A stretch of 64,000 nt of DNA from Chloroflexota bacterium (GCA_037444365.1 JBBIMO010000005.1:1082-65081); one strand, 5' to 3'; shown: positions 1 through 9,416, counted from the stretch's first letter. A program made the numbers and translations. Notes: generated by a model not told the origin, from the sequence alone.

Positions 1-1
1 C

Positions 2-550
2 AGGGACAGGGTGGGACTCGACAGGATACTTGATTTTGACGTCAAGGCCTACGATAGCGGCATACACGATAAGATACTGCTTGTCGTTCCCGAGCTAGGC
101 GAAGAGGCGCGGAAATTCGCGACCTACCAAAGGATTAAGGTGCTTGAACCAAGGGATCTGGAGATGCTGCTGACTGGCCGTCCCCGGTCGGGCGGAGCCA
201 CAGTGAAGGAGCCGTTTGAATTTAGGTCCAGATCACAGCTCATACAATACCTGGAGAAACAGGGTTATACCGTAAAGGAAAAGGCTGAGGTCAAGGGCCG
301 ATCTGGAGCTGCCCATAGCATAGACATACTGGCGACCAAGGACGAGGGACTCATCACTCATCGTATCGCCATCGGCATTGAAACGGATGAGAAGCCGATG
401 GGACTGGACAGGGTATTTGATTTCGACGACAAGGCCTACGACGCCGGCATCCTGGACAAGGTCTTTGTTGCCGTTCCGGGGCTTACCAGGGAAGCCATGC
501 AGTTTGCCAGGCGCCAGGGAATGAAGGTCATTGAGGTCAAGCAAGTGTAG
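2..550 (+). CDS. 5'-truncated protein of tandem ~125-aa repeats, paralogous to the duplicated N-terminal domain of the PilB-like ATPase (13921-16290)
   Basis: The ORF is open to the window edge. The motifs KGRSGAAHSIDILA...IAIGI...FDFDDKAYDAGILDK...VAVPG...A..FARRQ..KVIEV recur in both N-terminal repeats of the 789-aa ATPase (GNSGIEHTFEMLA..IAIGI..KAYDCGILDR..VAVPD; KGRSGLEYTFDILA..FDTKAYEVGVDEK). Confidence 0.55.
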   Translation, partial: RDRVGLDRILDFDVKAYDSGIHDKILLVVPELGEEARKFATYQRIKVLEPRDLEMLLTGRPRSGGATVKEPFEFRSRSQLIQYLEKQGYTVKEKAEVKGRSGAAHSIDILATKDEGLITHRIAIGIETDEKPMGLDRVFDFDDKAYDAGILDKVFVAVPGLTREAMQFARRQGMKVIEVKQV

Positions 551-582
551 CCGACGACCCAGGAAGCCCCAATCTGCCAACA

Positions 583-1000
583 ATGGCAAATTACAGGGCT
601 CAAATGCCAGATCAAGCTCAAAGCTCAAATGACAAAAAGAAGTACGATCTTGAAGAGCGAACTGCGCGGTTTGGTGAAGCAGTTATTAAGTTTGTGAAGA
701 CTCTCTCCAGGCCCGGTCAACACTCCGCTTATCAGCCAGATAGTACGTGCTGCAACCAGCATCGGGGCAAACTACATGGAAGCGGACGAAGCGGAATCCA
801 AGAGAGATTTCCAGCATAAGATTTCCATCTGCAGGAAAGAGTCGAAGGAAACAAAGCATTGGCTGCGAATGGTGGCCAGGGCGAATTCCGATAGGCAGGA
901 TAAGTGCAGGACGTTGTTGAGGGAAGCTCAGGAGCTTAGTTTGATATTCCCTTCAATTCCTCTCCCTAAGAAGGAGTTCTGGCACCCAAGTGTCTCGATT
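583..1000 (+). pseudogene. Frameshifted four-helix-bundle protein gene (23S rRNA intervening-sequence protein family, PF05635/TIGR02436-like)
   Basis: The N-terminal half reads in one frame (YDLEERTARFGEAVIKFVKTL). The conserved core reads in the next frame (QIVRAATSIGANYMEADEAESKRDFQHKISICRKESKETKHWLRM). The frames switch near 700-712, no in-frame start exists for the second half, and no stop follows until 1177. Confidence 0.55.
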
Positions 1001-1177
1001 CCATTTGTCATTCGGCCCTTATTCGTGATTTGGGCTTTGAATTTGGGATTTTGCTTGGCATCTGAGCTTTGTCATTTGGATTCCGGTATTTGGCATTCAT
1101 TTGTCCTTTGGGTTTTGCATTCGTGGCCGGGAAGCGGAGCGGCGGCATGGTACCGTCTCGCCATTACTGATGGGTGA

Positions 1178-1205
1178 TTGACATCTGCGAGCGCTCCGCT
1201 ATAAT
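1178..1205 (+). promoter_or_regulatory. Sigma70-like promoter of the major pilin (TTGACA, 16-bp spacer, TATAAT) with a conserved upstream operator ATTACTGATGGGTGA
   Basis: TTGACA lies at 1178-1183 and TATAAT at 1200-1205. The 21-bp block attactgatgggtgattgaca matches 2259-2279 at 19/21 positions. Confidence 0.55.
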
Positions 1206-1357
1206 TGACACTATCCATATGATTCAATCAACTGCTGGACATGAATCCAGAAGAACGCAAAGGAGGTGAGACAGGGAGACAAGAGAATAAGGACAGGCAA
1301 GAAGCTCGCTGGGGCCAAATCCAGCAAGACCAAAAAAAAGGAGGTAAAAAGGAAAAA

Positions 1358-1747
1358 ATGAAAATGCTACATCGTGGACAAAAAGGCTTCACCCTGATTG
1401 AACTGCTCATTGTGGTTGCCATCCTGGGCATTCTGGCGGCGGTCATCATCCCGAACGTGAGCGCCTTCATGCGGTCAGCGAGGGTATCGGCAGCCAACGA
1501 CGAAGTCCAGCAGGTTAGGACAGCGGCGATGGCCTACTACGCAGACAACGAAGCTTATCCGGCGTCCTCGGACACGCTGATAACCGACGGGTATCTGGCA
1601 GGGCAGCCCAGAGCTACCTACACCTTAGACACCAGCTTCGGATGGGTACTGGGTGCACCGACTCATACCTGGGGCACCACCATCACATTCCAAGCAGGCA
1701 CTGCGGGTGCTGATGGCACCCACGGCAGGTGGGTTATAGCCCCCTAA
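1358..1747 (+). CDS. pilA: Type IV major pilin (prepilin)
   Basis: The leader MKMLHRGQKG is followed by FTLIELLIVVAILGILAAV, giving a G|F prepilin peptidase site, then an N-terminal hydrophobic helix and a small Thr/Gly-rich C-terminal domain. GGAGG precedes the start. The ORF-track start at 1241 has no RBS support. Confidence 0.85.
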   Translation: MKMLHRGQKGFTLIELLIVVAILGILAAVIIPNVSAFMRSARVSAANDEVQQVRTAAMAYYADNEAYPASSDTLITDGYLAGQPRATYTLDTSFGWVLGAPTHTWGTTITFQAGTAGADGTHGRWVIAP

Positions 1748-1790
1748 CCATAGCCGCAAGGAACAGGCAACCATAAGAGGAAGGGTGACT

Positions 1791-1840
1791 TGCCGGCGGA
1801 GCTGCTGCTGGCAGCTCCGCCGGCAGGCATCTTTGTACTC
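1791..1840 (+). terminator. Putative rho-independent terminator after the pilin gene
   Basis: A 14-bp GC-rich perfect stem (tgccggcggagctg / cagctccgccggca) with a 7-nt loop is followed by ggcatctttgt, a weak U-tract. Confidence 0.45.
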
Positions 1841-1899
1841 AAGTAGTCAGGGGGAGCAGTAGATAGCAGGCAGCCCTCTGGGGAGGAATCCGAAGTCCT

Positions 1900-2340
1900 G
1901 AACAACATCGAAACTCAGAAATCAAAGGGCAAAGCTCAAAATGACAAATCAAAACGTAGAAAGGAAGCGGCAAATCTCAGCTTCTGAATCCGCAGCAATG
2001 TGGAGATCAAAGGTCAAAGATCAAAAAATGAGAGCTTAAGATGCGAAACTTAACAATGGCTATGCCTTCCCTCGCGTCCTTGCCTTTTGAATCTGACCTT
2101 TTGCTTGACGTCGCTCTGTCGCTTTGCACTTCTTTGGCTTCGCATTTCAGAGGGATTCGTCTGTCATTTGAAGTCTGGCATTTCGAGCTTGTTTGTTATT
2201 TGGATCTTGGAATTTGACCTTTGGGCAAAGGGTCCGGCGGGGCCAATACTTTGTTCCTATTACTAATGGGCAATTGACAGCAATGGTTGGAAAGCTTACA
2301 CTATGAGATGAATATGATTGACTATACTATAGACGGGCGC
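1900..2340. repeat. Regulatory module B: second copy of the CAAAG-arm / CTTTG-arm / promoter module, without an embedded ORF
   Basis: The motif caaagctcaaaatgacaaatcaaaa (1930-1955) matches the module A left arm. The right arm at 2170-2230 reads tctgtcatttgaag...atttggatcttggaatttgacctttggg. The promoter block matches module A. Confidence 0.55.
2274..2302 (+). promoter_or_regulatory. Sigma70-like promoter of pilT (TTGACA, 17-bp spacer, TACACT) with the same upstream operator block
   Basis: TTGACA lies at 2274-2279 and TACACT at 2297-2302. The block attactaatgggcaattgaca lies at 2259-2279, and the downstream ATATGATTGA block is also shared with module A. Confidence 0.5.
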
Positions 2341-2382
2341 AGGTGGAGGTTCTTGCCCTAGGCATGGAACAAGGAGGGGGAT

Positions 2383-3453
2383 ATGGATATTTTTTCACTG
2401 CTTCGGTTAGGTAAGACAAGGAGAGCGACCGATTTGCATATGGTTGCCGGCAGCCCGGCAATACTCCGCGTCGACGGTTCTCTGGAGCCGGCAAACGGCG
2501 TAGCTGCATTAACCCCTGAAGACATAAACGAAGCGTTTTTGCAGCTTACGACGCCTGAGGAGAGGGAACACTTCCACCGCCATCTGGAGCTTGACTTTGG
2601 CTATACACTACCTGAGGTCGGTCGTCTGCGTTGCAATGCCGCTCAACAGCGCGGGTCTATCAGCCTTGCCGTGCGCCTGTTGCCACCGAGAATTCCTACC
2701 GTAGACGACCTGCAACTGCCCCAGATATGCAAGGAGCTGGCTTTGAAGCCCAGGGGACTGGTAATAGTCACTGGGCCTACCGGCAGTGGCAAGAGCACCA
2801 CCATAGCAGCTATGATTCAGCACTTGAATAATACTGAAACTCGCCACGTGGTTACCATCGAAGACCCCATAGAATATGTTCACCCCAACATCAAGTGTTC
2901 TGTGACCCAGCGTCAATTGGGCAGTGATACTCTATCATTTGCCAATGCTCTAAAGCACATCTTGAGGCAGGACCCGGATGTGATTCTGGTTGGGGAAATG
3001 AGAGACCCGGAGACTGCTGACGCTGTGCTTACCGTAGCCGAGACCGGTCACTTCATATTAACTACCGGTCATGCCCCCAGTGCCAGCCAGGCAATGGAGA
3101 GAATAATAGACCTGTTTCCGCCCCATCAGCGACACCTGGCTCAGACACGGCTGGCTTCTCTACTTGTGGCTGCATTGTGTCAGGTGCTTGTGCCCCGGGC
3201 TGACGGCTCAGGGAGGGTAGCCGCTGTGGAGATTATGCTCGGCAATCCGGCAGCCAAGAGCCTCATTCGTGAAGGCAGGCTCTACCAGTTGCCCAACGTC
3301 ATCCGCACCCACAGAGACATAGGCATGGTTTCGCTCGACGAAGCCCTGGTCAGTCTCTACCTCAAGGGAATCATCACCGGCAAAACTATGCTCGATTTCT
3401 GCAACGACCGCCAGGAAGTGGAAAAACTCGTCGGCACGGTGCGCTTACACTAG
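2383..3453 (+). CDS. pilT: Twitching-motility retraction ATPase PilT
   Basis: It has Walker A (GPTGSGKST), Asp box, Walker B and the His box (TGHAPSA) in PilT-like order, at a PilT-like size of 356 aa. An AGGAGG RBS precedes the start. Confidence 0.85.
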   Translation: MDIFSLLRLGKTRRATDLHMVAGSPAILRVDGSLEPANGVAALTPEDINEAFLQLTTPEEREHFHRHLELDFGYTLPEVGRLRCNAAQQRGSISLAVRLLPPRIPTVDDLQLPQICKELALKPRGLVIVTGPTGSGKSTTIAAMIQHLNNTETRHVVTIEDPIEYVHPNIKCSVTQRQLGSDTLSFANALKHILRQDPDVILVGEMRDPETADAVLTVAETGHFILTTGHAPSASQAMERIIDLFPPHQRHLAQTRLASLLVAALCQVLVPRADGSGRVAAVEIMLGNPAAKSLIREGRLYQLPNVIRTHRDIGMVSLDEALVSLYLKGIITGKTMLDFCNDRQEVEKLVGTVRLH

Positions 3454-3709
3454 ACATATAAGAGACAACGCATCAAACAGGAAAATCCAATCTGCTGGCA
3501 CATCCAGACAAAAATCCCGGTCTAGGCGAGACAACACTCCAGGCTATTCTGGTCGCTTACAGTCTCCCGCAGAATCTGGCACGGAATCCTCTATGCTTGA
3601 TGGAAAAGGCAGGGCGGAAAAAGTGCGGGTGGATACCACTCTCTCGCCACAACTATCTACCGCGGTGGGAGATACGCTTATGTTTACTTCGTAGCGATGG
3701 TGCCTCGCC

Positions 3710-4006
3710 CTAGGCCCACGTCACATCCGGAATCATCCTGTATGTCGTCACCCTGGGCTCTTCCAGAAGAACTGCTTCAGCTTGCCGAAGGAGCTCCTGC
3801 ATTATCGTTGATTGTGTCCATGCCCTCCAGTCGGCAACGCTCTCCCATGTGCTCAGCATCGCCACGACAGAGGCATTCTCCTGGCTGACGAGGTTTTCCA
3901 TGCCCCTGAAGCCCCGATACTGCATAGCATGGGCCTTCAGCCTGAGAAATATCGGCTCCATATACTTCTCATCCTTGACTCTGCATCCGACGATAGCCTT
4001 TATCAT
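3710..4006 (-). CDS. ABM-domain (antibiotic biosynthesis monooxygenase-like) small protein
   Basis: It is a 98-aa protein with a ferredoxin-like ABM pattern (IVGCRVK....RGFRGME..VSQENASVVAMLSTWESVADWRAW). Confidence 0.5.
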   Translation of the reverse strand: MIKAIVGCRVKDEKYMEPIFLRLKAHAMQYRGFRGMENLVSQENASVVAMLSTWESVADWRAWTQSTIMQELLRQAEAVLLEEPRVTTYRMIPDVTWA

Positions 4007-4362
4007 TTCGCCTCCTCTATGTTCCGGTCTGCATAAGCTCCGCAGGGGCGCTCATTCACGCCGAAATACCTTTCACCATAATTATAACACGGTCAGCAAC
4101 ACCCGCTGGCAAACACGGGCGTCTTTGCATGACCAGTTCCCACTCGCACGATGGAAGAGAGTTTCGGTGTCGGTGAACATGGTCGCTCTGTGATTGATTA
4201 CAGGACTGACCTGGCTCTCTCCCGCCAGCGGACGGACGATTGAGTTTTGGGACCCTGGCTTTGATGTTATTTGGGATTTGGTGCCCTGGATTTGAGATTT
4301 CCCCTTCAGGACCTGGGATATGTGCCCTGGGATTCAAGACTTCGTAACTTGTGCAGATGACT

Positions 4363-5793
4363 TCACTTTCCCATGGAGAATGCAAAACTGAACCCGCCTT
4401 CGCCAGCGGTGATGGAAGAAATCCAGACATGCGAGAATCTGCCGCTCGCCCTTAAAGCTCGAGCATAGGCAAAAATGCCATTCGTATTGGAAGCCATACC
4501 GGTGAGGGTTACTGAACCACCCCCATAATTAGTATTATCCAGGCTCACCTTTCCTGCCGCCAGTTTGGCAATTTGAGACAAGTCTTCGTACATGGTGGCA
4601 CGCCGTCGTTCCATATCGGTGATTCTGCTATCAAGCTCATTGGCAATACCTTCCAGCGACCTCACCTGTGTCCCCAATATGGCTACTTGACTCTGCTTCT
4701 GGGCAACACTCTGCTGAACAGAGCCTAACTCGGACCGCAACTTCGCAGTCTGGGCACGATTATACTGAACAAAGATTACTCCAAAGATAATCAAGCCAAC
4801 ACCAACGACAATACCGACTGGGACGAGGACCCGCGCTATAGAGAAACGCGGGGGCACGTAGGCTTCGGGCAGGGCGTCTAGATTAATGATTGAGAAGTTC
4901 GCCTCCTCTTTCTCCGTCAGCAATTCCTTTAGCGCCAGGCCGATGTTGACCAGAAATTCGTTGGTGTTGAAGCCTTCGGGCGCTTCCACAGAAGAGGGCA
5001 GCGGAGACACCGGATAGCCTGCCTGGCTAATCACTGTTGGCCAGGTCTCCGGCGCTTCCGCCAGGTCGCCACAAACAAACACGGGGACGCTTGTGTTCAA
5101 AGGCTTTTCCATGTGACTGGAATTATAGAAAGCCACAGTCCTCTTAAACTCTTCAGCGATGAGCGGCAGCCTTCCCTCCAGGGATTCAGCCTCGCCGGGA
5201 AGGAACAACCTGCGGATCACCTGAGGGAGCCTGTCTGCTATGACCATAACATCCAGGTGGTCTAAGCGGGCATTAACTATGATTGCCCTGGGCTCATTGG
5301 GGATTCGGCACAGAGCCAAAGGAGCCAAGTCCATAATATAAGGCCTGATGCCAGCCTGCTGCAGCGTTCTGACCAGAGCATCAACAATATTACGGGGGTA
5401 AGTAACCAGGAAAATGCGACTCTCTCCCCTCGTCGGTGAGGGAATCCGCTGGTATGAGAAATAGACCTCTTCCAAAGGCGTGGGTATCGCTCTCCTAGCC
5501 TCACGCTTCACTGCCTCAGGCAGTATAGCGTCAGGCAGTTCGGGCAAAGTAATGATACGATACAGAGAGTCGTGTCCGCTCAAAGCGGTGATTACCTTGC
5601 TTGTTTGTGCTCCCGTCTCTTTGAATACCTGCCTAACCCTGTCGGCCACCTGGGCTTCATCAACAATAAGCCCCTGATTGACCAGGCCTGGCTCCAGGGG
5701 CGAGCTGGCCCACTTTTCCACACGTCTGCCGTTCATTACCAGCAGGTTAACGCTGGCATCTCTGATAAACAGGGTGGTAACTCTTTTCGCCAT
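4363..5793 (-). CDS. pilM: PilM-PilN fusion: actin-like pilus assembly ATPase-fold protein with C-terminal TM and coiled-coil PilN-like region
   Basis: The N-terminal ~330 aa are a PilM/FtsA-like actin fold. These are followed by a TM helix (VLVPVGIVVGVGLIIFGVIFV) and a coiled-coil periplasmic part. Confidence 0.7.
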   Translation of the reverse strand: MAKRVTTLFIRDASVNLLVMNGRRVEKWASSPLEPGLVNQGLIVDEAQVADRVRQVFKETGAQTSKVITALSGHDSLYRIITLPELPDAILPEAVKREARRAIPTPLEEVYFSYQRIPSPTRGESRIFLVTYPRNIVDALVRTLQQAGIRPYIMDLAPLALCRIPNEPRAIIVNARLDHLDVMVIADRLPQVIRRLFLPGEAESLEGRLPLIAEEFKRTVAFYNSSHMEKPLNTSVPVFVCGDLAEAPETWPTVISQAGYPVSPLPSSVEAPEGFNTNEFLVNIGLALKELLTEKEEANFSIINLDALPEAYVPPRFSIARVLVPVGIVVGVGLIIFGVIFVQYNRAQTAKLRSELGSVQQSVAQKQSQVAILGTQVRSLEGIANELDSRITDMERRRATMYEDLSQIAKLAAGKVSLDNTNYGGGSVTLTGMASNTNGIFAYARALRASGRFSHVWISSITAGEGGFSFAFSMGK

Positions 5794-5799
5794 GATTAT

Positions 5800-6345
5800 C
5801 TAACCTTTATAACCGTAGATATCCAAACTGATGGTAGCCACCGGTGTGTCCCCGAAATCTATATTCACACTGTGCACCTCAGCAACCCATGCCTGCCGAA
5901 AACCCTCGCCCGTTCTTAGCGCATTGATAAACTTCAGTACGTTGTCCACACTACCCTGAACCACCAGTGCAAACGCAGACACAGAGTAGGTAACAGACCC
6001 TGCTGTTCTGCCGCCCGGCATCGAGGGACTGAGGCTGACCAACTCCACGCTACAATCTCTGGCAATCTTGAACAAGTCTTCCCCGAATTCAATGCTCTCC
6101 ACCGCCTCAGGGAATTTTGTGCGGCTCTCCTCAAACAAGGATTGGGCGGCAGCCAGCCTGTTTCGCTGGTCCTGTTCCTGAGTAGTGAGCTGGCGCAACA
6201 GAGCTTCCTGTGCCGCCACATTAGCCTTCAACTGCCTCTGCTCACTAACCTGTTGCATGTAGGTTCTGCCCAGCATCACCACAGCCACAATGATGACGAC
6301 GATTCCTATGATCAGAAGGATTTTCTTATCTAGCTTGGTTTTCAT
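5800..6345 (-). CDS. PilN/PilO-like bitopic pilus assembly protein
   Basis: It has an N-terminal TM helix (ILLIIGIVVIIVAVVML), a long coiled coil and a C-terminal globular domain. It lies immediately upstream of pilM-N on the same strand. Confidence 0.55.
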   Translation of the reverse strand: MKTKLDKKILLIIGIVVIIVAVVMLGRTYMQQVSEQRQLKANVAAQEALLRQLTTQEQDQRNRLAAAQSLFEESRTKFPEAVESIEFGEDLFKIARDCSVELVSLSPSMPGGRTAGSVTYSVSAFALVVQGSVDNVLKFINALRTGEGFRQAWVAEVHSVNIDFGDTPVATISLDIYGYKG

Positions 6346-6612
6346 AACTTATTCAGCTTCCCAGTAATATACCATCATCCAAAAAGCCTGTCTAGTGGTT
6401 GTGCTCGTTCAGCACATTAGTGACAACTTTGTTCTGGTCATTGATGCCCTTGCTTCCGACATTGCGAGGCATAGCCCTCCTGTCTTTGCGAGGAGCGATA
6501 GCGACAAGCGGTCCCGGTGAGGGCAGAGGATTGCCACGCCGGGTAGTAGTGAGGCTGAGCGCCGGTCTCGCGATGACATTTACGGATAATCATACCGGAC
6601 TCTTGTCCTTCA

Positions 6613-9204
6613 TCAGACAATCCTGATGGCGTAGTTGGTGATGACGCCGCCCGGACCCACCTCGCTGCGAAACTGGAAAAGCATATATGACACGGTAAAC
6701 CCGTCCGTTCCCGTGGGGACATTTATCTGAGCCGAGACATCCATGGGCCTCAGGATATTGCTAGCCCAGGTGACGTAGAAATGGTCTATATCTATTCCCG
6801 GGTCGGACGCAGGCTGGCCACGGTAGTTGCCGTTCCAGACGTCGGGCAATCCCGTACCATCAGACAACGCGCTATTGTTCACTCTGAAGCGGTCCTGACA
6901 GTAGCAGTTGCTGGAGGAGCCGTCAGCCTTGTCGCCCTCGCCCACCATAACTGTGATTCGAGCAGCATTTGTTTCGCCCGGGCTCTGGGGAGGCACGATG
7001 AAGCCGCTGATGGTGCCGCCGGCACTGCCGTCATTATCCCAGTCGGAGTCGACAAGCGGGCACTGGCTCCCCCCGTTCCAGCCGAAGAAGAAACGGAAAC
7101 CCGGAGTGCCGATGTCGTAGAGATAGTATTGATAATTGTACGCTCTGGCGCTGGTGTAGAGGATCAACAGCGACCAGCCGGCGTGGGCGGCAGTGAAACG
7201 TGTAGGAGGGTTCGAGCTCGGTGCCGGAGTGCCCAGAGGGTAGCCGGTGGAGCCGCCGCCGGTGGCAAAGGTGAATGAATAGCCGGGGACCGCCTGATTA
7301 CTCTCAGCGACATGGCTGAGGCGATAAGTGGTCCCACCCGCGCCATTAGAGGGGACGAAGCCGCTGCCTATCCACTGCTTCAGCAGGTCGGTGACATCAG
7401 CCTTGCACGTGTAATACCATGTCCCATAGTATGTTGACGAAGTGTTGAACACCGTGGGGTACAGAGTCTGCCACTTGTTGGCTGTGACCAGGGTGTCGGC
7501 GGCGCCGCCACCTCTGAAATATACCCTGTTGACGCGAGCGGTCTGCTCAACCAGAACCTGCAGGTTTTGCTCCGTGGGATAATCCGGGTACCTTAATGTG
7601 GAACCCCAGGTTACCGTGGCATAGACCTGAGTCAGCCTGATTTGCGGGTTGGCATCGCCGGAATGGACGCCGAAACCCTGCAATGAATTGGATCCCACGC
7701 CGTTTATGTCATCTATCGTCCACGCCATACCTGTTCTGGGATTCGTAGCATAGGTATAGCTGATGGTGCCATAGCTAGCCGGCACCTCAACCGATGGGGC
7801 AGTGGTCAGATAATTGGTCCCACCTACCCTGATAGCCGGCCGCATATTGTTGGTCCCAGAAGTGTTGTCCCTGGCTACCAGATATACCGTCAAGCCTGTT
7901 ATTCCCATGTTCTGTGGCACGCTGAAAGCTGGAAAGCTAAACAGGACATTACCAGCCGTTGTGCCGTGCAGCAAATAGGTGGCATCACCATCATGCGCAC
8001 CCTGTTCGTCCACATGGCTGTACATGTTCGTGGTCTTGTCCCACGTCCCGCTTCTGGAGATATCCCCCGACGGGTAGCGGGTCTGGCTGCCGGAGTCTGG
8101 CGGGTTATAGCTGTTCCAGTCAATCCAGCCGGTCCAGTAGAGATAAGCGGCTTCAATGGTGGCATCCGAGGGGATGCCCAGCGTATTACTTACATCGTTG
8201 GTTGCGATTGTGGCTGTGGAGGACCTGTCAAGCAGGTGATGGATGTTATCTGGAGGATTCAGCATACCTCTCATGAGGGTGTTGCCGGTGGCGAAGTAAT
8301 CCCCTGATATAGCCGACTTGAGCCTGCGGAACTTGGTTCTGGCACCGTAGGCATCAATCTGGATTCCGCCGGCTCGCGACACAATCTTGTAAAGCCGGAT
8401 GCTGTCATCCCAGCTATAATTGTAATTGGTGCCGGGAACATTGGCACTGGTTTCAACCCAGGAACCCACCAGCTCGGGAATCTGCCCCTGCGGTCCTGAA
8501 TATTTGAAGGTGAATATTTTTACTGTCGGGATACCGGGAGTGGTAGAATTAGTGCCGCCGGGAAAGGCAGTCCTCAGATTGGGATTAGACGTAAAGTTCC
8601 AGACCACGACACAGCCGCCTCTATCGAAGGAAATAGTGGGGGCACTGTAAAAACCCAAGCCCTGAAGGCTGCAACTGCCGCTATACTCGGTATATTCGAA
8701 GCCGGAGGACAGCCAGATCCCGAGTTTCCTTACAGACACGTCTGCGCCCTGGTAGTAATAGACTATCTTGATGGCGTATGTGGACTCTGCGGCGTCAGGA
8801 TAGCCGACTATCATCAGTTTCTCATCCTCGATAATCGTCCTCGCCTGCGTAGCATTCGGAGCAGGTCTGGTCGTGGGGAGCCAGAAATTCCGGATAGTGA
8901 CAGACACATTCTGTCCGTTTACAAACAGGTTATACGGATAAGGATAGGCTGAAAAATAGTCATACGGGGTATAGCTTGACCCGAGTACGTCACCGATGGA
9001 TTCATACCTGATGCGCCACATGGCATCCTCGACGCCGGCATCGGCGGCATAAATCTCGCAGTCCTTCTGCTCATAGACCCGACCAGCTTGAGTGCCGGTG
9101 CGCATAAAACTCAGGGTGGGAGTGATGATGAGCGAGCCTATAGCCAGCAGAAGCAGGACAAGGATCAATGCCTGCCCCTTCTGATCTTTCATTGACCTCT
9201 TCAT
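6613..9204 (-). CDS. Giant (863 aa) PilX-N-domain pilus-associated protein, a putative tip or minor-pilin adhesin
   Basis: The N-terminus (KGQALILVLLLLAIGSLIITPTLSF...AADAGVEDA) matches the PilX_N pattern. The remainder is a Gly/Thr/Tyr/Trp/Asn-rich, beta-rich domain, and the gene sits between the pilins and pilMNO-like genes. Confidence 0.5.
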   Translation of the reverse strand: MKRSMKDQKGQALILVLLLLAIGSLIITPTLSFMRTGTQAGRVYEQKDCEIYAADAGVEDAMWRIRYESIGDVLGSSYTPYDYFSAYPYPYNLFVNGQNVSVTIRNFWLPTTRPAPNATQARTIIEDEKLMIVGYPDAAESTYAIKIVYYYQGADVSVRKLGIWLSSGFEYTEYSGSCSLQGLGFYSAPTISFDRGGCVVVWNFTSNPNLRTAFPGGTNSTTPGIPTVKIFTFKYSGPQGQIPELVGSWVETSANVPGTNYNYSWDDSIRLYKIVSRAGGIQIDAYGARTKFRRLKSAISGDYFATGNTLMRGMLNPPDNIHHLLDRSSTATIATNDVSNTLGIPSDATIEAAYLYWTGWIDWNSYNPPDSGSQTRYPSGDISRSGTWDKTTNMYSHVDEQGAHDGDATYLLHGTTAGNVLFSFPAFSVPQNMGITGLTVYLVARDNTSGTNNMRPAIRVGGTNYLTTAPSVEVPASYGTISYTYATNPRTGMAWTIDDINGVGSNSLQGFGVHSGDANPQIRLTQVYATVTWGSTLRYPDYPTEQNLQVLVEQTARVNRVYFRGGGAADTLVTANKWQTLYPTVFNTSSTYYGTWYYTCKADVTDLLKQWIGSGFVPSNGAGGTTYRLSHVAESNQAVPGYSFTFATGGGSTGYPLGTPAPSSNPPTRFTAAHAGWSLLILYTSARAYNYQYYLYDIGTPGFRFFFGWNGGSQCPLVDSDWDNDGSAGGTISGFIVPPQSPGETNAARITVMVGEGDKADGSSSNCYCQDRFRVNNSALSDGTGLPDVWNGNYRGQPASDPGIDIDHFYVTWASNILRPMDVSAQINVPTGTDGFTVSYMLFQFRSEVGPGGVITNYAIRIV

Positions 9205-9416
9205 GGCAAATCCCTCATCTTCGGTCTGCCGGCATTATACCGAATGCCAGCCACCAGTTACTAGTAGTATAACGCAATCGTCTTGGGCGTCAATAGTCCG
9301 TTAGTACTGGCGTTTGTGAGTTCCGAACACCTAAGTCCAAAGTCCCAACGGATTTCGGACTTCAAGCCTCAGATGGCAAAGTGGAAAAGCACCCTGCAAT
9401 CACGCCCCCCTTAGTA

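Larger units (their letters stand above)
583..1240. repeat. Regulatory module A: CTCAAA-rich left arm (590-640), inverted ATTTGGR-rich right arm (1020-1140) and a conserved promoter block
   Basis: The reverse complement of 596-634 (tttgtcatttgagctttgagc) recurs at 1060-1090 (gagctttgtcatttgg). The module is duplicated in reduced form at 1900-2340. Confidence 0.6.

Noticed and set aside
776-1177. Considered the 133-aa ORF as an intact gene.
   Set aside because: It has no start codon ahead of its conserved region. Its N-terminal half is in another frame (583-819). Its 3' part runs into the ATTTGG repeat arm without a stop. It is treated as the C-terminal half of a pseudogene.
1241-1357. The ORF track begins the pilin at 1241 with an N-terminal extension (MNPEERKGGETGRQENKDRQ...).
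   Set aside because: The extension has no RBS. It is Lys/Glu low-complexity and overlaps the A-rich leader. The prepilin leader MKMLHRGQKG|F with GGAGG upstream at 1358 is the credible start.
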